A DNA stretch of 63,953 nt, filler included, from an uncultured bacterium (GCA_964637655.1; 12 parts of 12 records of this genome joined end to end with filler, not necessarily neighbours in it), one strand, 5' to 3'. Numbered from the whole stretch's first letter, positions 16,786 through 26,918 are shown. Numbers and translations: made by a program. The notes: generated by a model from the sequence alone, not told the origin.

Positions 16786-18450
16786 CTACTGTTTGTCGGT
16801 AGCAGTCACATACGCCTGTCTGACCGCTTCGACAGCCGCGTCCACGACAGCAGGGCGCGGTAGTTTGATATTCGCCGTGCGCAGGCTGACGTCATCTGCA
16901 TGTTCATCGGCCTCGACTTCTGGTATGGGCTTGGCATCTGCTTTCGGCTCGTCTTCTGCTTTCGGTTTGGCTTCTGCTTCCGGTTTGGGTTCTGCTTTCG
17001 GTTTGGCTTCTGCTTTCGGTTTGGCTTCTGCTTCCGGTTCAACTTTATCTGCGACTTTCGGCTCATCTTTGGCTGCGGGTTTCGCTTCGGGTTTGACCGC
17101 TGTTTTGGCTTTAGGTGCGGCATCTGCTTTCGGTTCGGCTTCTGCTTCTGGTTTGGTTTCTGCTTTCGGTTCGGTTTCTGCTTTCGGTTCGGCTTCTGCT
17201 TTCGGTTTCGGCTCGGGTTTGGCCGCGGGTTGCGGTTCGATTTTGGCTTCAGTGGGATAGGGATACAGCACTGCTCGTTGGGGCGTGATGATGGTGGCGG
17301 AGGTGGCTGCACGCTGGCTCAAGTCGATGATTTCCAGGCGATGCGTCGCGTTGGGGTTGGCCGGGGATGGCCCGGCGATCAGCACCACCAAGCCCTCGGT
17401 CAATCCTTGTTTTTGCACCATGATCCTGGTCTGTTCGGTCCCATCCCCGGGACGCAGTGCCTCATGCAGCGGCTGCACACCGAAGGAAAACTGCAGGTTC
17501 TGGCAGGTCGCCGCATCGTGACTGATCGCCGTAATCCATACCGGCAGTTTGAAACGGGCGAGCATCCGCGCTGTGTGTCCCGAAACAGTGGAGACAATGA
17601 CGGCGGTCGGCGCGAGGTGCGCCACGGTCTGCTGCACGTGGTGGGAAATGATATCCGCCAGGGGAACCGTATGCTCACGATCGAAATCGGCGAAGATTTG
17701 ATGCAGGCGGCCATCAAGGCGATGCGGCTCGGTGGCGGCCGCGATCCTGACGAGCATGCTCACCGCGGCGACCGCGAACCTTCCCGTCGCCGTTTCGGCG
17801 GACAGCATGACGCCATCGGTGCCGTCGAGGATGACATTGGCCACCGCGGTGGCTTCAGCCCGCGTGGGGCGCTGATGGTCCACCATCGATTCCAGCATTG
17901 GCGTCGCGGTGATCACCGGTTTCCCCAGCAGGTTGGCCTTGTACAGCAGCTGTTTCTGGCTGACAGCACTGTTTTCCAGGGGGAGTTCCCCATCCCATTC
18001 GCCGCGCGCCATGATGATCCCGTCGACGGCCTGCAGAATCTCATTGCTGTGGTCAGACGCGCCGGCCTGTTCGATGTTGGCAAAGATGAACGGGTGATAG
18101 CCCCGTGCCGCCGCCGCCTGACGCAAGGCGTCGACCGCAAACCGGGTCTTGACGCCTGACTGGCTGACTGCATCAACCCCGCCGGCCAGCGCGGCTTGCA
18201 GGCAGGCATCGTCGTGTTCGCCCAACGCGCCGCCCCCCAGATCAGCAAGGATAGCCAGGCGTTTGCCGGCTGAGGCGGCCGCACCGCGCAGATGGTCGAT
18301 CACCCCGGCATGCCGGGAATAATCTCCACCGGCATACTTGAGGCGGGCGACATTCATCCCGGCCTGCAGCAGTTGGCGCATGATTTCGGGCGAGTCGGAT
18401 GACGGTCCAATGGTACAGACGATTTTTGTTTTGCAGGCTGCCGGTGACAT
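16786..18450 (-). CDS. pyruvate kinase homolog lacking the B domain and key catalytic residues, with a K-P-[KE]-A-E repeat tail
   Basis: KTKIVCTIGP, GMNVAR, GKPVITAT.MLESM, PTRAE and DGTDGVMLSAET motifs. Confidence 0.85.
   Translation of the reverse strand: MSPAACKTKIVCTIGPSSDSPEIMRQLLQAGMNVARLKYAGGDYSRHAGVIDHLRGAAASAGKRLAILADLGGGALGEHDDACLQAALAGGVDAVSQSGVKTRFAVDALRQAAAARGYHPFIFANIEQAGASDHSNEILQAVDGIIMARGEWDGELPLENSAVSQKQLLYKANLLGKPVITATPMLESMVDHQRPTRAEATAVANVILDGTDGVMLSAETATGRFAVAAVSMLVRIAAATEPHRLDGRLHQIFADFDREHTVPLADIISHHVQQTVAHLAPTAVIVSTVSGHTARMLARFKLPVWITAISHDAATCQNLQFSFGVQPLHEALRPGDGTEQTRIMVQKQGLTEGLVVLIAGPSPANPNATHRLEIIDLSQRAATSATIITPQRAVLYPYPTEAKIEPQPAAKPEPKPKAEAEPKAETEPKAETKPEAEAEPKADAAPKAKTAVKPEAKPAAKDEPKVADKVEPEAEAKPKAEAKPKAEPKPEAEAKPKAEDEPKADAKPIPEVEADEHADDVSLRTANIKLPRPAVVDAAVEAVRQAYVTATDKQ
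16930..17250 (-). repeat. degenerate 18-bp tandem repeats encoding the KPKAEA/EPKAET tail
   Basis: Recurrent TTCTGCTTTCGGTTTGGC-like units on the plus strand. Confidence 0.85.
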
Positions 18451-18536
18451 GGTGTTCTCCTTCATCGCATAACGCCGTAAAGCACAGTCATCCGCGTCTG
18501 CTTCGCCAGGATCCTTGCTGCGCTGGCGCGCGAACG

Positions 18537-18941
18537 CTACGCGGCGAAGTAGTGGCGCACCTTTGCCGCAACCTGGTAATTCGACAGTTTGCCGGCGGTT
18601 TCCACCGCGACGATGCGGCTGCCGTAGATCTTTTTCACCAGGCGTTTTTTCAGTTCACCCTTGGCTTCGCCGGGCCCGCAGATCATGATGGCTTCCGCCG
18701 CGCCAAGACACGCAATAACCGCATCGTAAAAGCCGTTGCGATGGGCGGTGACGATCCGCTGCCGGCGGTCGTCGGCCGGCACCTTCTGCGCTTCGTAACG
18801 TCCGTGGCGGGGTGACTCGTCGGCATGGTGACGCTGCTTTTCCGCCTGCACGACCAACACGCCTGCCTGTTCACCTTTGTCCGAAACCAGCACGACCACT
18901 GCCTTGCTGTGATCGATCCACAAACCCGCTTGTTTTTTCAT
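18537..18941 (-). CDS. eRF1 domain 2-like / host-attachment-like protein
   Basis: GLWIDHSKAVVV, FY..VI and I.ICGPGEAKGELKKRL motifs. Confidence 0.75.
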   Translation of the reverse strand: MKKQAGLWIDHSKAVVVLVSDKGEQAGVLVVQAEKQRHHADESPRHGRYEAQKVPADDRRQRIVTAHRNGFYDAVIACLGAAEAIMICGPGEAKGELKKRLVKKIYGSRIVAVETAGKLSNYQVAAKVRHYFAA

Positions 18942-19003
18942 GCTCCGCTCCTTTTGGCGTGAATGCCCGCAGCACCCGACCGCAGTTGTTCGACGCGTGC
19001 CGG

Positions 19004-19198
19004 CTATTCCGCTCCCGACACTGAGCGTCTGCCCGCGCCGGTTGCGCGGCGCGACCAGCGCTGCGTCGTTTCAGCGACGTGCCTGACCCAGCCGACTGCC
19101 TGATCGGTCTTGCCCTGCCGGCGCAACCTGCTGCTGGCGATCAGCACTCCAGTCGCCTCCTCGAGACGCCCCTTGAAAATGTCAAGTTTGCCGCGCAT
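19004..19198 (-). CDS. CsbD family protein
   Basis: GGAGG RBS; D.FKGRLEEATGVL....LRRQGKTDQAVG. Confidence 0.7.
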   Translation of the reverse strand: MRGKLDIFKGRLEEATGVLIASSRLRRQGKTDQAVGWVRHVAETTQRWSRRATGAGRRSVSGAE

Positions 19199-19462
19199 CG
19201 AACTGTTCCTCCCGTTGCCCTGCTGCGGATTGCCTGCTTCAACAGTATACGCGTGGCCTGGGATGCTCACCATTGGCAAAGCGCGCTTCTGCCTGACTCT
19301 TTTCCGCATCAGCCACCGGTCGGCGTGGAGCCGCCATGACCGGTTCGTCCGCTGCGGAACTGCGTCAGCATTTTGCGTCAAGCGCCAATGGTGTCGCCTT
19401 AGGGCTGCGGGTATACTTGGCTGGTAAACAGTTTGCCGCCATACCCGGAAGGCGATGACCCG

Positions 19463-21808
19463 ATGCAATGGTTGCGCGCGACAATAGTCATCACTACCGT
19501 TACCCTCGCACTGATAGCGGTGACACCGCTCTGCGTTAGCGCGGCGGCGGCGCCACCGCAATGTGCCGAACGCCTGCACCGGTCCGGCCTGCACATGCTG
19601 GGGCGGGTCCATGCCGGCCTCTACCGCGGCAGTGCGCCGGAGGGCGAAGATGGCTACGCAGCACTGCGCGAGCTGGGCATCAAAACCGTCATCACCCTGC
19701 GCCCGGGCAGCGGCGAACCGGAACTGGCGGCACAGTTCGGGATGGCGCACATCATCATCCCGATGTTCCCCGAACGGCCGCCGACACTGTGCCAGCAGCG
19801 GCAGTTCCTCTCCCTCGTGACCGACACCGGCTTGTGGCCGATCTATGTGCATTGCGCACGCGGACGCGACCGCACGGGCGTCATGCTGGCCCTCTACCGG
19901 GTGCGTGTTGACGGCTGGACCCGGGCGGCGGCAATCGCGGAAATGGAACGGTTCGGGCATTCGCACCGCGAATATCCGACGCTGGAGGATTTCATCAGTG
20001 TGCTGCCGGAAGATGCAACTGTCGACTGTCCGGCAGCCATGCCGCAATTGTGCGGCATCGAGTTCGTCGGGCATCGCGGCTTTTCCGCGCGCTACCCGGA
20101 AAACACGCTGCTGGCCATCGAGGAAGCGTTCCGGCGCGGTGTCAAGTATTGTGAAATCGACGTCAATGTCACCCGCGACGACGTCTATGTGCTTTTTCAC
20201 GACCAGCCGACCATGTACCGCACTTCCAGCGGACATGACTACATCCAGTTGACCCGCTATGCCGACCTGCAGCAACTTGATTTCGGCGCATGGAAGGGTG
20301 CGGAATTCGCCGGCACTCCGGTAACGACCCTGCGCGAGGCCATGCTGCTGGCGGAAAAGTACGACGCGTATCTGTATCTTGACACCAAGCGGTATCGTCC
20401 TGACCTCATGGGCATGCTGCTACGCGAGACGGGGGTCAACCCCAACCGGATATTGCCCTCGCTTTCGACCCTCGCCAAGGCCATTGAATTCAGAAAGTAT
20501 TGCCCGGACTCGCCGTGGGTCTGGTTTGGCGGACTGCCCGAAGACCCGAACGACGACAACTGGTACGCCGAGCGCATTGCCCTGGGCTGCACGATATTCG
20601 AATGTTATTATTCCAAGGCACTCGACAACAGCGATACCTTCCAGATATTCCGCACCAAGGTGCATGAGGCAGGGGCGAAAATCTGGGTTTTTGCCGTCAA
20701 TACCGAAACTGAGGCGCTGGCGCTGGCGGAAGTCGGAGTTGACGGGATAGAAACTGACAATGCGGTTACCCTGAGCAGATACTTTCAGGAACTGTGCGCG
20801 GCTGACACCTTCGCGGTTCAGCCCGCGCCGCGCCGTGCCACCGCCGAACACCTGACCACCGCCAATTATCTGTTTGACCGGCCCGACCTGTTTGGCACCG
20901 GCATCGGCAGCCAGCTCAGGCCGCTGGCCTATTATGACACGACAATCATGCAGCCCGTCGCTTTCGGGACGACTGAGCAGTTCGGCATTGCCCCGCTTGA
21001 CGGGAATATGGTGACGGTGATGGCCGTGCCGGCGTTCAATCCGCACAACGGCTTGATGCTGTTCCCGAATTTTCTGCCCTGCCTGGAAGAGGATCTGCAC
21101 TACGATTATACCGTCGTATTCGACCTGTATATCCCCGCCGGCGCGGATACCGGGATCGCCAGCCTGCTGCAAACCGATCCGGAGAACACCAACGATGGTG
21201 ATCTGTTCATTGACCGGCAAAAGGGAATTGGTATCGCCAATGAATATCATGGCACCATTGCCACAGACACCTGGTATCGCCTGGCGGTGGCGGTCAGCCG
21301 CACCGCCATCAGGAACTACCTCAACGGCACCTTTATCGGCGAGAATGCGATATCCGGCGGCAGGTGGGCGGTCTATAACACCTTCCCGGGCGGGCAGAAT
21401 CAGGGGTTTCTGCTGTTTGCCGATGACGACAATGAAACCTTCGAGTTCTATGTCCATGCCGTGCAGGTGCGGAACTATGCCATTCCGGCGCGCGAGGTGG
21501 CGCACCTTGGTCGCGCGACCGCCGCGGGTATTCCGCTCAACAACACGGGCATCTACCACGTCACCATGAGCGGGGAAACCGGCAACGGCAGCATTGTAAA
21601 CTGGGATGACCATACCATCACCACCACCTTCCCGGCGGAGTATGATGTAGCCAACGTGGCCGTTGCTTTCAGCACTTCGTATGGCGCGACTGCCTCGGTG
21701 CGTCCGGGCAGCACCATGGATTTGCGGGCGGCATCCAGCCGCATCGTTATCACCGCGCAGGACGGCATAACGCAGACCGCCTGGCAACTGCTGCCGGTGC
21801 GGCAGTAG
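19463..21808 (+). CDS. secreted multidomain protein: tyrosine/dual-specificity phosphatase + glycerophosphodiester phosphodiesterase + LamG-like + Ig-like domains
   Basis: Signal peptide; HCARGRDRTG; GHRG..ARYPENTL, EIDV..TRD..VLFHD, GVDGIETD; TWYRLAV..YLNG; ITAQDG. Confidence 0.8.
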   Translation: MQWLRATIVITTVTLALIAVTPLCVSAAAAPPQCAERLHRSGLHMLGRVHAGLYRGSAPEGEDGYAALRELGIKTVITLRPGSGEPELAAQFGMAHIIIPMFPERPPTLCQQRQFLSLVTDTGLWPIYVHCARGRDRTGVMLALYRVRVDGWTRAAAIAEMERFGHSHREYPTLEDFISVLPEDATVDCPAAMPQLCGIEFVGHRGFSARYPENTLLAIEEAFRRGVKYCEIDVNVTRDDVYVLFHDQPTMYRTSSGHDYIQLTRYADLQQLDFGAWKGAEFAGTPVTTLREAMLLAEKYDAYLYLDTKRYRPDLMGMLLRETGVNPNRILPSLSTLAKAIEFRKYCPDSPWVWFGGLPEDPNDDNWYAERIALGCTIFECYYSKALDNSDTFQIFRTKVHEAGAKIWVFAVNTETEALALAEVGVDGIETDNAVTLSRYFQELCAADTFAVQPAPRRATAEHLTTANYLFDRPDLFGTGIGSQLRPLAYYDTTIMQPVAFGTTEQFGIAPLDGNMVTVMAVPAFNPHNGLMLFPNFLPCLEEDLHYDYTVVFDLYIPAGADTGIASLLQTDPENTNDGDLFIDRQKGIGIANEYHGTIATDTWYRLAVAVSRTAIRNYLNGTFIGENAISGGRWAVYNTFPGGQNQGFLLFADDDNETFEFYVHAVQVRNYAIPAREVAHLGRATAAGIPLNNTGIYHVTMSGETGNGSIVNWDDHTITTTFPAEYDVANVAVAFSTSYGATASVRPGSTMDLRAASSRIVITAQDGITQTAWQLLPVRQ

Positions 21809-21845
21809 CCGGCTGCCCGTCGGAAACAACAACTGCTCGTATCTA

Positions 21846-21897
21846 TTCACCCTCTCCCGCTGCCTGCAGTGGGAGAGGGCAGGGGTGAGGGTGAAAA
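21846..21897. repeat. REP-like palindromic element at contig end
   Basis: CCCTCTCCCGCTGCCTGCAGTGGGAGAGGGCAGGGGTGAGGG. Confidence 0.75.
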
Positions 21898-21997
21898 NNN
21901 NNNNNNNNNNNNNNNNNNNNNNNNNNNNNNNNNNNNNNNNNTTAATTAATTAANNNNNNNNNNNNNNNNNNNNNNNNNNNNNNNNNNNNNNNNNNNN

Positions 21998-22357
21998 GGC
22001 CCAGGTGAGCGCAGTATAGTTGCGACGGGCATCGCGGGCAGCAGGATTGGCGCCGCGGTCGAGCAGCAGAAGGGCGGCGGCTTTCTGCCCGTTGGCGCCG
22101 GCATGGATGAGCGCAGTATATCCCGCGCTGTCGGTGGCGTCGGTGGCGGCACCGCGGTCGAGCAGCAGGGAGAGCGCCTCGACCTGACCGGCGCGGGCCG
22201 CATGCATGAGCGGCGTCTGCCCGGAGGCGTCACGGGCATCGATGGCGGCCGGCGCGGCGGCACGCAGGGGCCCGAGGTTGCCTTGGAAAGCGGCTTCGTG
22301 GAGCAGGGCGGCAGTGCAGCCGGCAAGCAGCAGGAGCAGCAGCGGCAGATAACGCAT
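21998..22357 (-). CDS. ankyrin-repeat lipoprotein (3' truncated)
   Basis: LAGC lipobox; GQTPLMHAA..G, GYTALIHA and LLLDRGA repeats. Confidence 0.85.
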
Positions 22358-22368
22358 GATGAACCTCC

Positions 22369-23007
22369 TCAGGGGTGCCAGACCGCGGCACAGGGCGGGG
22401 GCAGGCATTCTTTCCGGATACGGGCGCCGGCATGGCACCCCTCGATATGGTCGTTGACCATGCCCATTGCCTGCATCAGCGCATACATCGTGGTCGGCCC
22501 GACAAAACGCCAGCCGCGCGCCTTGAGGTCATGCGACAGGGCGCGCGATTCGCGTGTTTCGGTGAGACGGCGCAGGTGGGCGAGGGTGAACTGCCGCGGG
22601 CGCTTTTCCGGCAGGTAGCGCCAGAAGAAGTTGGCCAGCGACCCGCACTCGTCAGCAAGGGCACAGGCGCAGCGGGCATTGCTGATGGTAGCCTCGATCT
22701 TGCCGCGATGGCGGACAATGCCGCTGTCCAGCAGTAGGCGGTTGACCCGGGCGGGGGTATAGCGGGCAACGCGGTGGAAGTCGAAACCGGAGAAGGCGCG
22801 GCGGAAGGCCTCACGCTTGCGCAGTATGGTCAACCAGCTGAGCCCCGCCTGGAACCCTTCCAGGCAGACCTTCTCAAAGAGGCGGGTGTCATCGGTGACC
22901 GGGCGGCCCCATTCATCGTCATGATAGGCCTGATAAAGCGGGTCAGCGGCACACCAGAAACAGCGCAGTTTCCCGTCTGCCCCCTGCACCAGTCCGCGCG
23001 TTGCCAT
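22369..23007 (-). CDS. tag: DNA-3-methyladenine glycosylase I
   Basis: YHDDEWG, LFEKVCLEGFQAGLSWLTILRKRE and FVGPTTMYALMQAMGMVNDH..C motifs. Confidence 0.95.
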   Translation of the reverse strand: MATRGLVQGADGKLRCFWCAADPLYQAYHDDEWGRPVTDDTRLFEKVCLEGFQAGLSWLTILRKREAFRRAFSGFDFHRVARYTPARVNRLLLDSGIVRHRGKIEATISNARCACALADECGSLANFFWRYLPEKRPRQFTLAHLRRLTETRESRALSHDLKARGWRFVGPTTMYALMQAMGMVNDHIEGCHAGARIRKECLPPPCAAVWHP

Positions 23008-23053
23008 AAAGGGAGTATAGCATACCCCGCGGTGTGTATGGTATAGTCGCACC

Positions 23054-23647
23054 ATGCTGCTGACACTGGTGCGTCACGCGGAAGCGGATGACGCTGAGCC
23101 CAAACGCTATATCGGGGGGAAGACCGACCTGCCGCTCACTGCAGCGGGCGGGGAACAGGCGCGCCGGTTGGGGGTGCGACTGCACGGTGAGCGGTTCACC
23201 CATTACCTGAGCAGTCCCATGCAAAGGGCGCAAGCCACCATACGCGCGGTGGCCAACGGGGCCGCGGTGCAGACAGTCGAAGCGCTGCGGGAAATTGATT
23301 TCGGCGCCTACGAAGGGGTATCGTGGGGGGAAATAGAACAGAGTTTTCCTGATGCCTGGCGCCCCATGGAAGAGGTGACGGTCCCCTTTCCGGGCGGTGA
23401 AAGCGTGTTGCAACTGACCGCGCGGGTGAAGCATTTCGCAGAGACGCTCGCCACGTACCCGGCAGAGAGCCATCTGCTGATTGTGGCCCATGGCGGCTCG
23501 CTCAGGGTGCTGGTCTGCCTGCTGATCGGGCTTGATCCGGGCAAGTGGTGGAACCTTGCCTGGGCCAATACGGGGGTAAGCAGGATCTCGCTTACGGACG
23601 GGTCAGCCACCCTGCTCTGGCATAATGATACACGCCATCTTGACTGA
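23054..23647 (+). CDS. histidine phosphatase family protein (CobC/PhoE-like)
   Basis: LVRHAE, SSPMQRA, LREIDFGAYEG, PGGES and VAHGG motifs. Confidence 0.9.
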   Translation: MLLTLVRHAEADDAEPKRYIGGKTDLPLTAAGGEQARRLGVRLHGERFTHYLSSPMQRAQATIRAVANGAAVQTVEALREIDFGAYEGVSWGEIEQSFPDAWRPMEEVTVPFPGGESVLQLTARVKHFAETLATYPAESHLLIVAHGGSLRVLVCLLIGLDPGKWWNLAWANTGVSRISLTDGSATLLWHNDTRHLD

Positions 23648-23866
23648 CTAACGAAACATTTTCCGCCTGAACAACCAGCAGGATAACCTGCCACAGCAGC
23701 GTCGGTGTAGCGCTTTTCACACACGCATGAAACCTCACGCTAATACGTATCCTAATATCTACAACAAATTGATAACAAAAGAATTACAATACATCAAACA
23801 GTAAAGCACTTGAACTCTGCTGCCGATATGTCCGTCAGGAGCACCAGCGTCAGCAAGGGGCGGGTA

Positions 23867-24466
23867 ATGGCGGAATCCTGGGTACCGGTTATCGATATGA
23901 CCTGTGATGAGGGGCGTACGCGCACGGCCACGGTCGAGCTGATCGAGACGCTCATCCGTGACATCCCGCAGTTCATCCTTGACCGGGTGCGCTTTGTCTG
24001 GATCAATGACACGATTGACCGGAGCGCGCTGGAATACCTGCAGGTGCGCTACCGGGCGGCACTGCCGGTCGAGGACATCTATGGTGCGGTTATCGCGGAC
24101 GAGCAGGGGCGCTACCTCGAACTCTACTGGAACACTATAGCCAGCCCGCGTCCGAGCGCCTGGTGGCGCCGGCATGATGTGGCGGAACCGCGCCATCTGG
24201 AACTCTCCGAGCGGGTGAAACTGGTGCTCTACGACCTGCTGCTCGGGCTGCTGCGCGAGGCGATGAACGATGCGCGCGAGGATCTGCCGGCAGGGCAGGA
24301 TGACGCGGACGAACTGCTGGCGGACAATGAAGGCACTGCCGGCATCAGCCCGGAGGAGGCGGAGCAGGAACAGCCGCTCCTCCCGGTATTCGACCCGCAT
24401 CGTCACCGCAACCGTCTCGCCGGCTATTGCCAGCCCGTCAACCGCATCATCCGCTACCTCAACTGA
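23867..24466 (+). CDS. hypothetical protein
   Basis: 199-aa ORF with host-like codon usage; AAGGGG RBS. Confidence 0.6.
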   Translation: MAESWVPVIDMTCDEGRTRTATVELIETLIRDIPQFILDRVRFVWINDTIDRSALEYLQVRYRAALPVEDIYGAVIADEQGRYLELYWNTIASPRPSAWWRRHDVAEPRHLELSERVKLVLYDLLLGLLREAMNDAREDLPAGQDDADELLADNEGTAGISPEEAEQEQPLLPVFDPHRHRNRLAGYCQPVNRIIRYLN

Positions 24467-24545
24467 CCATCCGGAAAATCGCGGCCCGCTCTACCGTTTG
24501 ACCCTGCCGGCCGCCGTGTGCTATGGTGCGCGGCGGAGGCACAGC

Positions 24546-24956
24546 ATGGAAACCTACCTGGAGCGTTTCATGGCGGGGGACGCGTATGCCCGCCACTGTG
24601 GCATCGAACTGGTGAGCGCCGGCGACGGGCGGGCAGTGGCCCGGGCGGCTGTCGGGGCGCAGCACCTGAACGGGGCGGGCGCGGCGCATGGCGGATTTAT
24701 TTTCTCCGTCGCTGACCTCGCCTTTGCCGCGGCCTGCAATTCGCGCGGCACGGTGACCGTCGGCATCGACGTGCATATCGCCTATATCAGCGCTGTCAAG
24801 CCGGGTGAGACCATCACGGCGGAGGCGGAGGAAGTCAGCGCGAAAAACCACCTCGGGCGTTACCGCATTCTGGTGTACGCAGGTGAAGAACGGCGCCTCG
24901 CGGCTGAGTTCAACGGACTGGCCTACCGCACGAAGCAGCCGCATGCCGACAAGTGA
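24546..24956 (+). CDS. PaaI family hotdog-fold thioesterase
   Basis: HLNGAGAAHGGFIFSVADLAFAAACNS. Confidence 0.92.
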   Translation: METYLERFMAGDAYARHCGIELVSAGDGRAVARAAVGAQHLNGAGAAHGGFIFSVADLAFAAACNSRGTVTVGIDVHIAYISAVKPGETITAEAEEVSAKNHLGRYRILVYAGEERRLAAEFNGLAYRTKQPHADK

Positions 24957-25007
24957 CTGCCGCAGTATAACTACAGCGCCCGGCAGCGGGCGTCCCATGA
25001 AGTGCAG

Positions 25008-25036
25008 TTGACAGTGCTGTTGAAGTAAAGTAACAT
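25008..25036 (+). promoter_or_regulatory. putative sigma70 promoter of the MerR-type gene
   Basis: TTGACA, 17-nt spacer, TAACAT. Confidence 0.5.
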
Positions 25037-25064
25037 CGGGCCATCGAGTGGAGAACACAAGCGC

Positions 25065-25622
25065 ATGTCTGAGACCATCGCCCGCACCTACGGGATTGCG
25101 GAGATCAGCGAAAAACTGAAACTGCCCGACACCACGGTCCGTTACTATGAGCAGCAGTTCGCGGAGTTCCTTGAGGTGCGGCGCAGCAGCGGCAACCGGC
25201 GGCTCTTCACTGAGTCCGACCTGCGTCTGCTGACCGAGGTCGTGCGCCTCAAGCGCAAGGAGCGCATGTCGCTGGGGAGTATCCGCGACTACCTCCGCTC
25301 ACGCACCGTGGTGGCAGTGGCCGGGGTCGACCCTGAGGAACCCCGGGAGGTCGTACGCCCCAAGCCGGAACAGCCGCCCACCATGGTTGCGGCAGAACAG
25401 ATCGCCCCGCAGGAGACGGTGGTACTTGCTGACACCGGCAACCTGGCAACCAAGCAGGATATCGCGCAGTTGCGGGAAGAAATTGACAAGTGCCTCAAGG
25501 TGCAACTGGCCACCACCGAGGTCCTGAAACGCATCGGGCGCATCAATTCAGAGGTGAAGCAGCTGCTCGATATGAACCTGCTGCGCTACAATGAACTCAG
25601 CAAGAAACTGCAAAACAACTAA
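25065..25622 (+). CDS. MerR-family HTH protein with C-terminal coiled coil
   Basis: YGIAEISEKLKLPDTTVRYYEQQF..RRSSGNRRLFTESDL. Confidence 0.85.
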   Translation: MSETIARTYGIAEISEKLKLPDTTVRYYEQQFAEFLEVRRSSGNRRLFTESDLRLLTEVVRLKRKERMSLGSIRDYLRSRTVVAVAGVDPEEPREVVRPKPEQPPTMVAAEQIAPQETVVLADTGNLATKQDIAQLREEIDKCLKVQLATTEVLKRIGRINSEVKQLLDMNLLRYNELSKKLQNN

Positions 25623-26188
25623 CAAGCAAAACACAGCACAATCTCTTGTATATCAGTATTTCAGTTATTTATGCCATACATTGATTTTCCGGACTTTTGT
25701 GCAGTGAAGTTCGAGTGAATCGAAATTGAGTTTTGTGCGCCGGTATGACAGAAATTTGTTTGAGTTATGCAAGCGCGGTCGAGTTACTTGATATTGAGTT
25801 GAATGCGCAGTAAGGCATTTCGTGGTTGCTCTGGTCGCCCAAAAAACTGCTGTTGATTTACTGTAATCTGCAGTTCACATTTACAAGCGGTTGTATGTAT
25901 TGAATATATGCACTCAAATCAATCCGCTGTTGCAGAATGGCGTAGCTCGACAGAGCGCATGGCAAGCATTGAAGTGCTTTGAGTTCTGAATTGAAGTGAA
26001 GTTGTTGCTTGATTTTTTGTGGAGAAAAATGTTATTATCTATTGTGCAATTGCTGTTAGAGTTTTCTTACATGCTATTTTTCAGCAGTTAGCAATATGAA
26101 CTGAATATGACGAAAATGTGAATAAAAATTCTCGCAGTGAATTTTGCGAGGCCTATACAGCAACAGTTTGTAGAAAGTGAGGCAGGTA

Positions 26189-26719
26189 ATGCAACGTAAA
26201 AATGAAGGTGGAGACGGGCGCCTGGCGCCTCGTATCCTGAAGGATCAGCGTATCGGGGTCTTTGTCGATGTGCAGAATCTGTTCTACTCAGCCAGGTTTC
26301 TGCACAGTGCCAAGGTCAATTTCGCCAGCCTGCTCGATGACATTACCAAGGGGCGGCAACTGATCAGGGCCCTGGCCTATGTCATCCAGTCCCCTGATGT
26401 CGACCAGACAGGGTTTCTGACCGCCCTCAAGGGGCTTGGCTATGAACTCCGGGCCAAGGAACTGCGCAAGCGCGCGGACGGGTCGGCCAAGGGCGACTGG
26501 GACATGGGACTGGCCATCGATGCGGTCAGCATGATGTCGCGCCTCGATGTCGTCTGTATCATCAGCGGTGACGGCGACTTTGTCGACCTGGTCAACATGC
26601 TGCGCGCCCATGGGGTGAAGGTTGAGGTCTACTCGTTCCCGGGGAGCACCTCCGACCTGATCATCGAGGCGGCCACCGAGTACTACCCGCTGGGCGAAAA
26701 GCACCTGATCAGGCAGTAA
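26189..26719 (+). CDS. NYN domain protein (LabA/DUF88)
   Basis: VFVDVQNL, KGDWDMGLAIDA, SGDGDFVDLV and G.KVEV motifs. Confidence 0.92.
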   Translation: MQRKNEGGDGRLAPRILKDQRIGVFVDVQNLFYSARFLHSAKVNFASLLDDITKGRQLIRALAYVIQSPDVDQTGFLTALKGLGYELRAKELRKRADGSAKGDWDMGLAIDAVSMMSRLDVVCIISGDGDFVDLVNMLRAHGVKVEVYSFPGSTSDLIIEAATEYYPLGEKHLIRQ

Positions 26720-26864
26720 AGCGCATTATCGTATCCCCTGAAGCGGTTTCTCAGGGGGGGCAGGCGCAGCGGAATCTCTGAAGCAGGGCGGGGCGGGAAC
26801 GAAACAACGTGCCCGACTCCTGCTGCGGATGAGGCAACAGATATTCGTCAGGAAGAGCAAAATT

Positions 26865-26899
26865 AAACCCCCTCCCCCGTATCGCGGGGAGGGGGTTTT
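26865..26899. terminator. bidirectional terminator-like hairpin
   Basis: AAACCCCCTCCCC-CGTATCGC-GGGGAGGGGGTTTT between convergent genes. Confidence 0.6.
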
Positions 26900-26918
26900 G
26901 TTGCGTGTTGCGGAAGCG

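Noticed and set aside
16930-17250. Possible CRISPR array or VNTR locus
   Set aside because: Degenerate in-frame 18-bp coding repeats with no unique spacers.
16900-18159. 419-aa plus-strand ORF with FRFGFC repeats
   Set aside because: Antisense shadow of the pyruvate kinase homolog and its 18-bp repeat tail.
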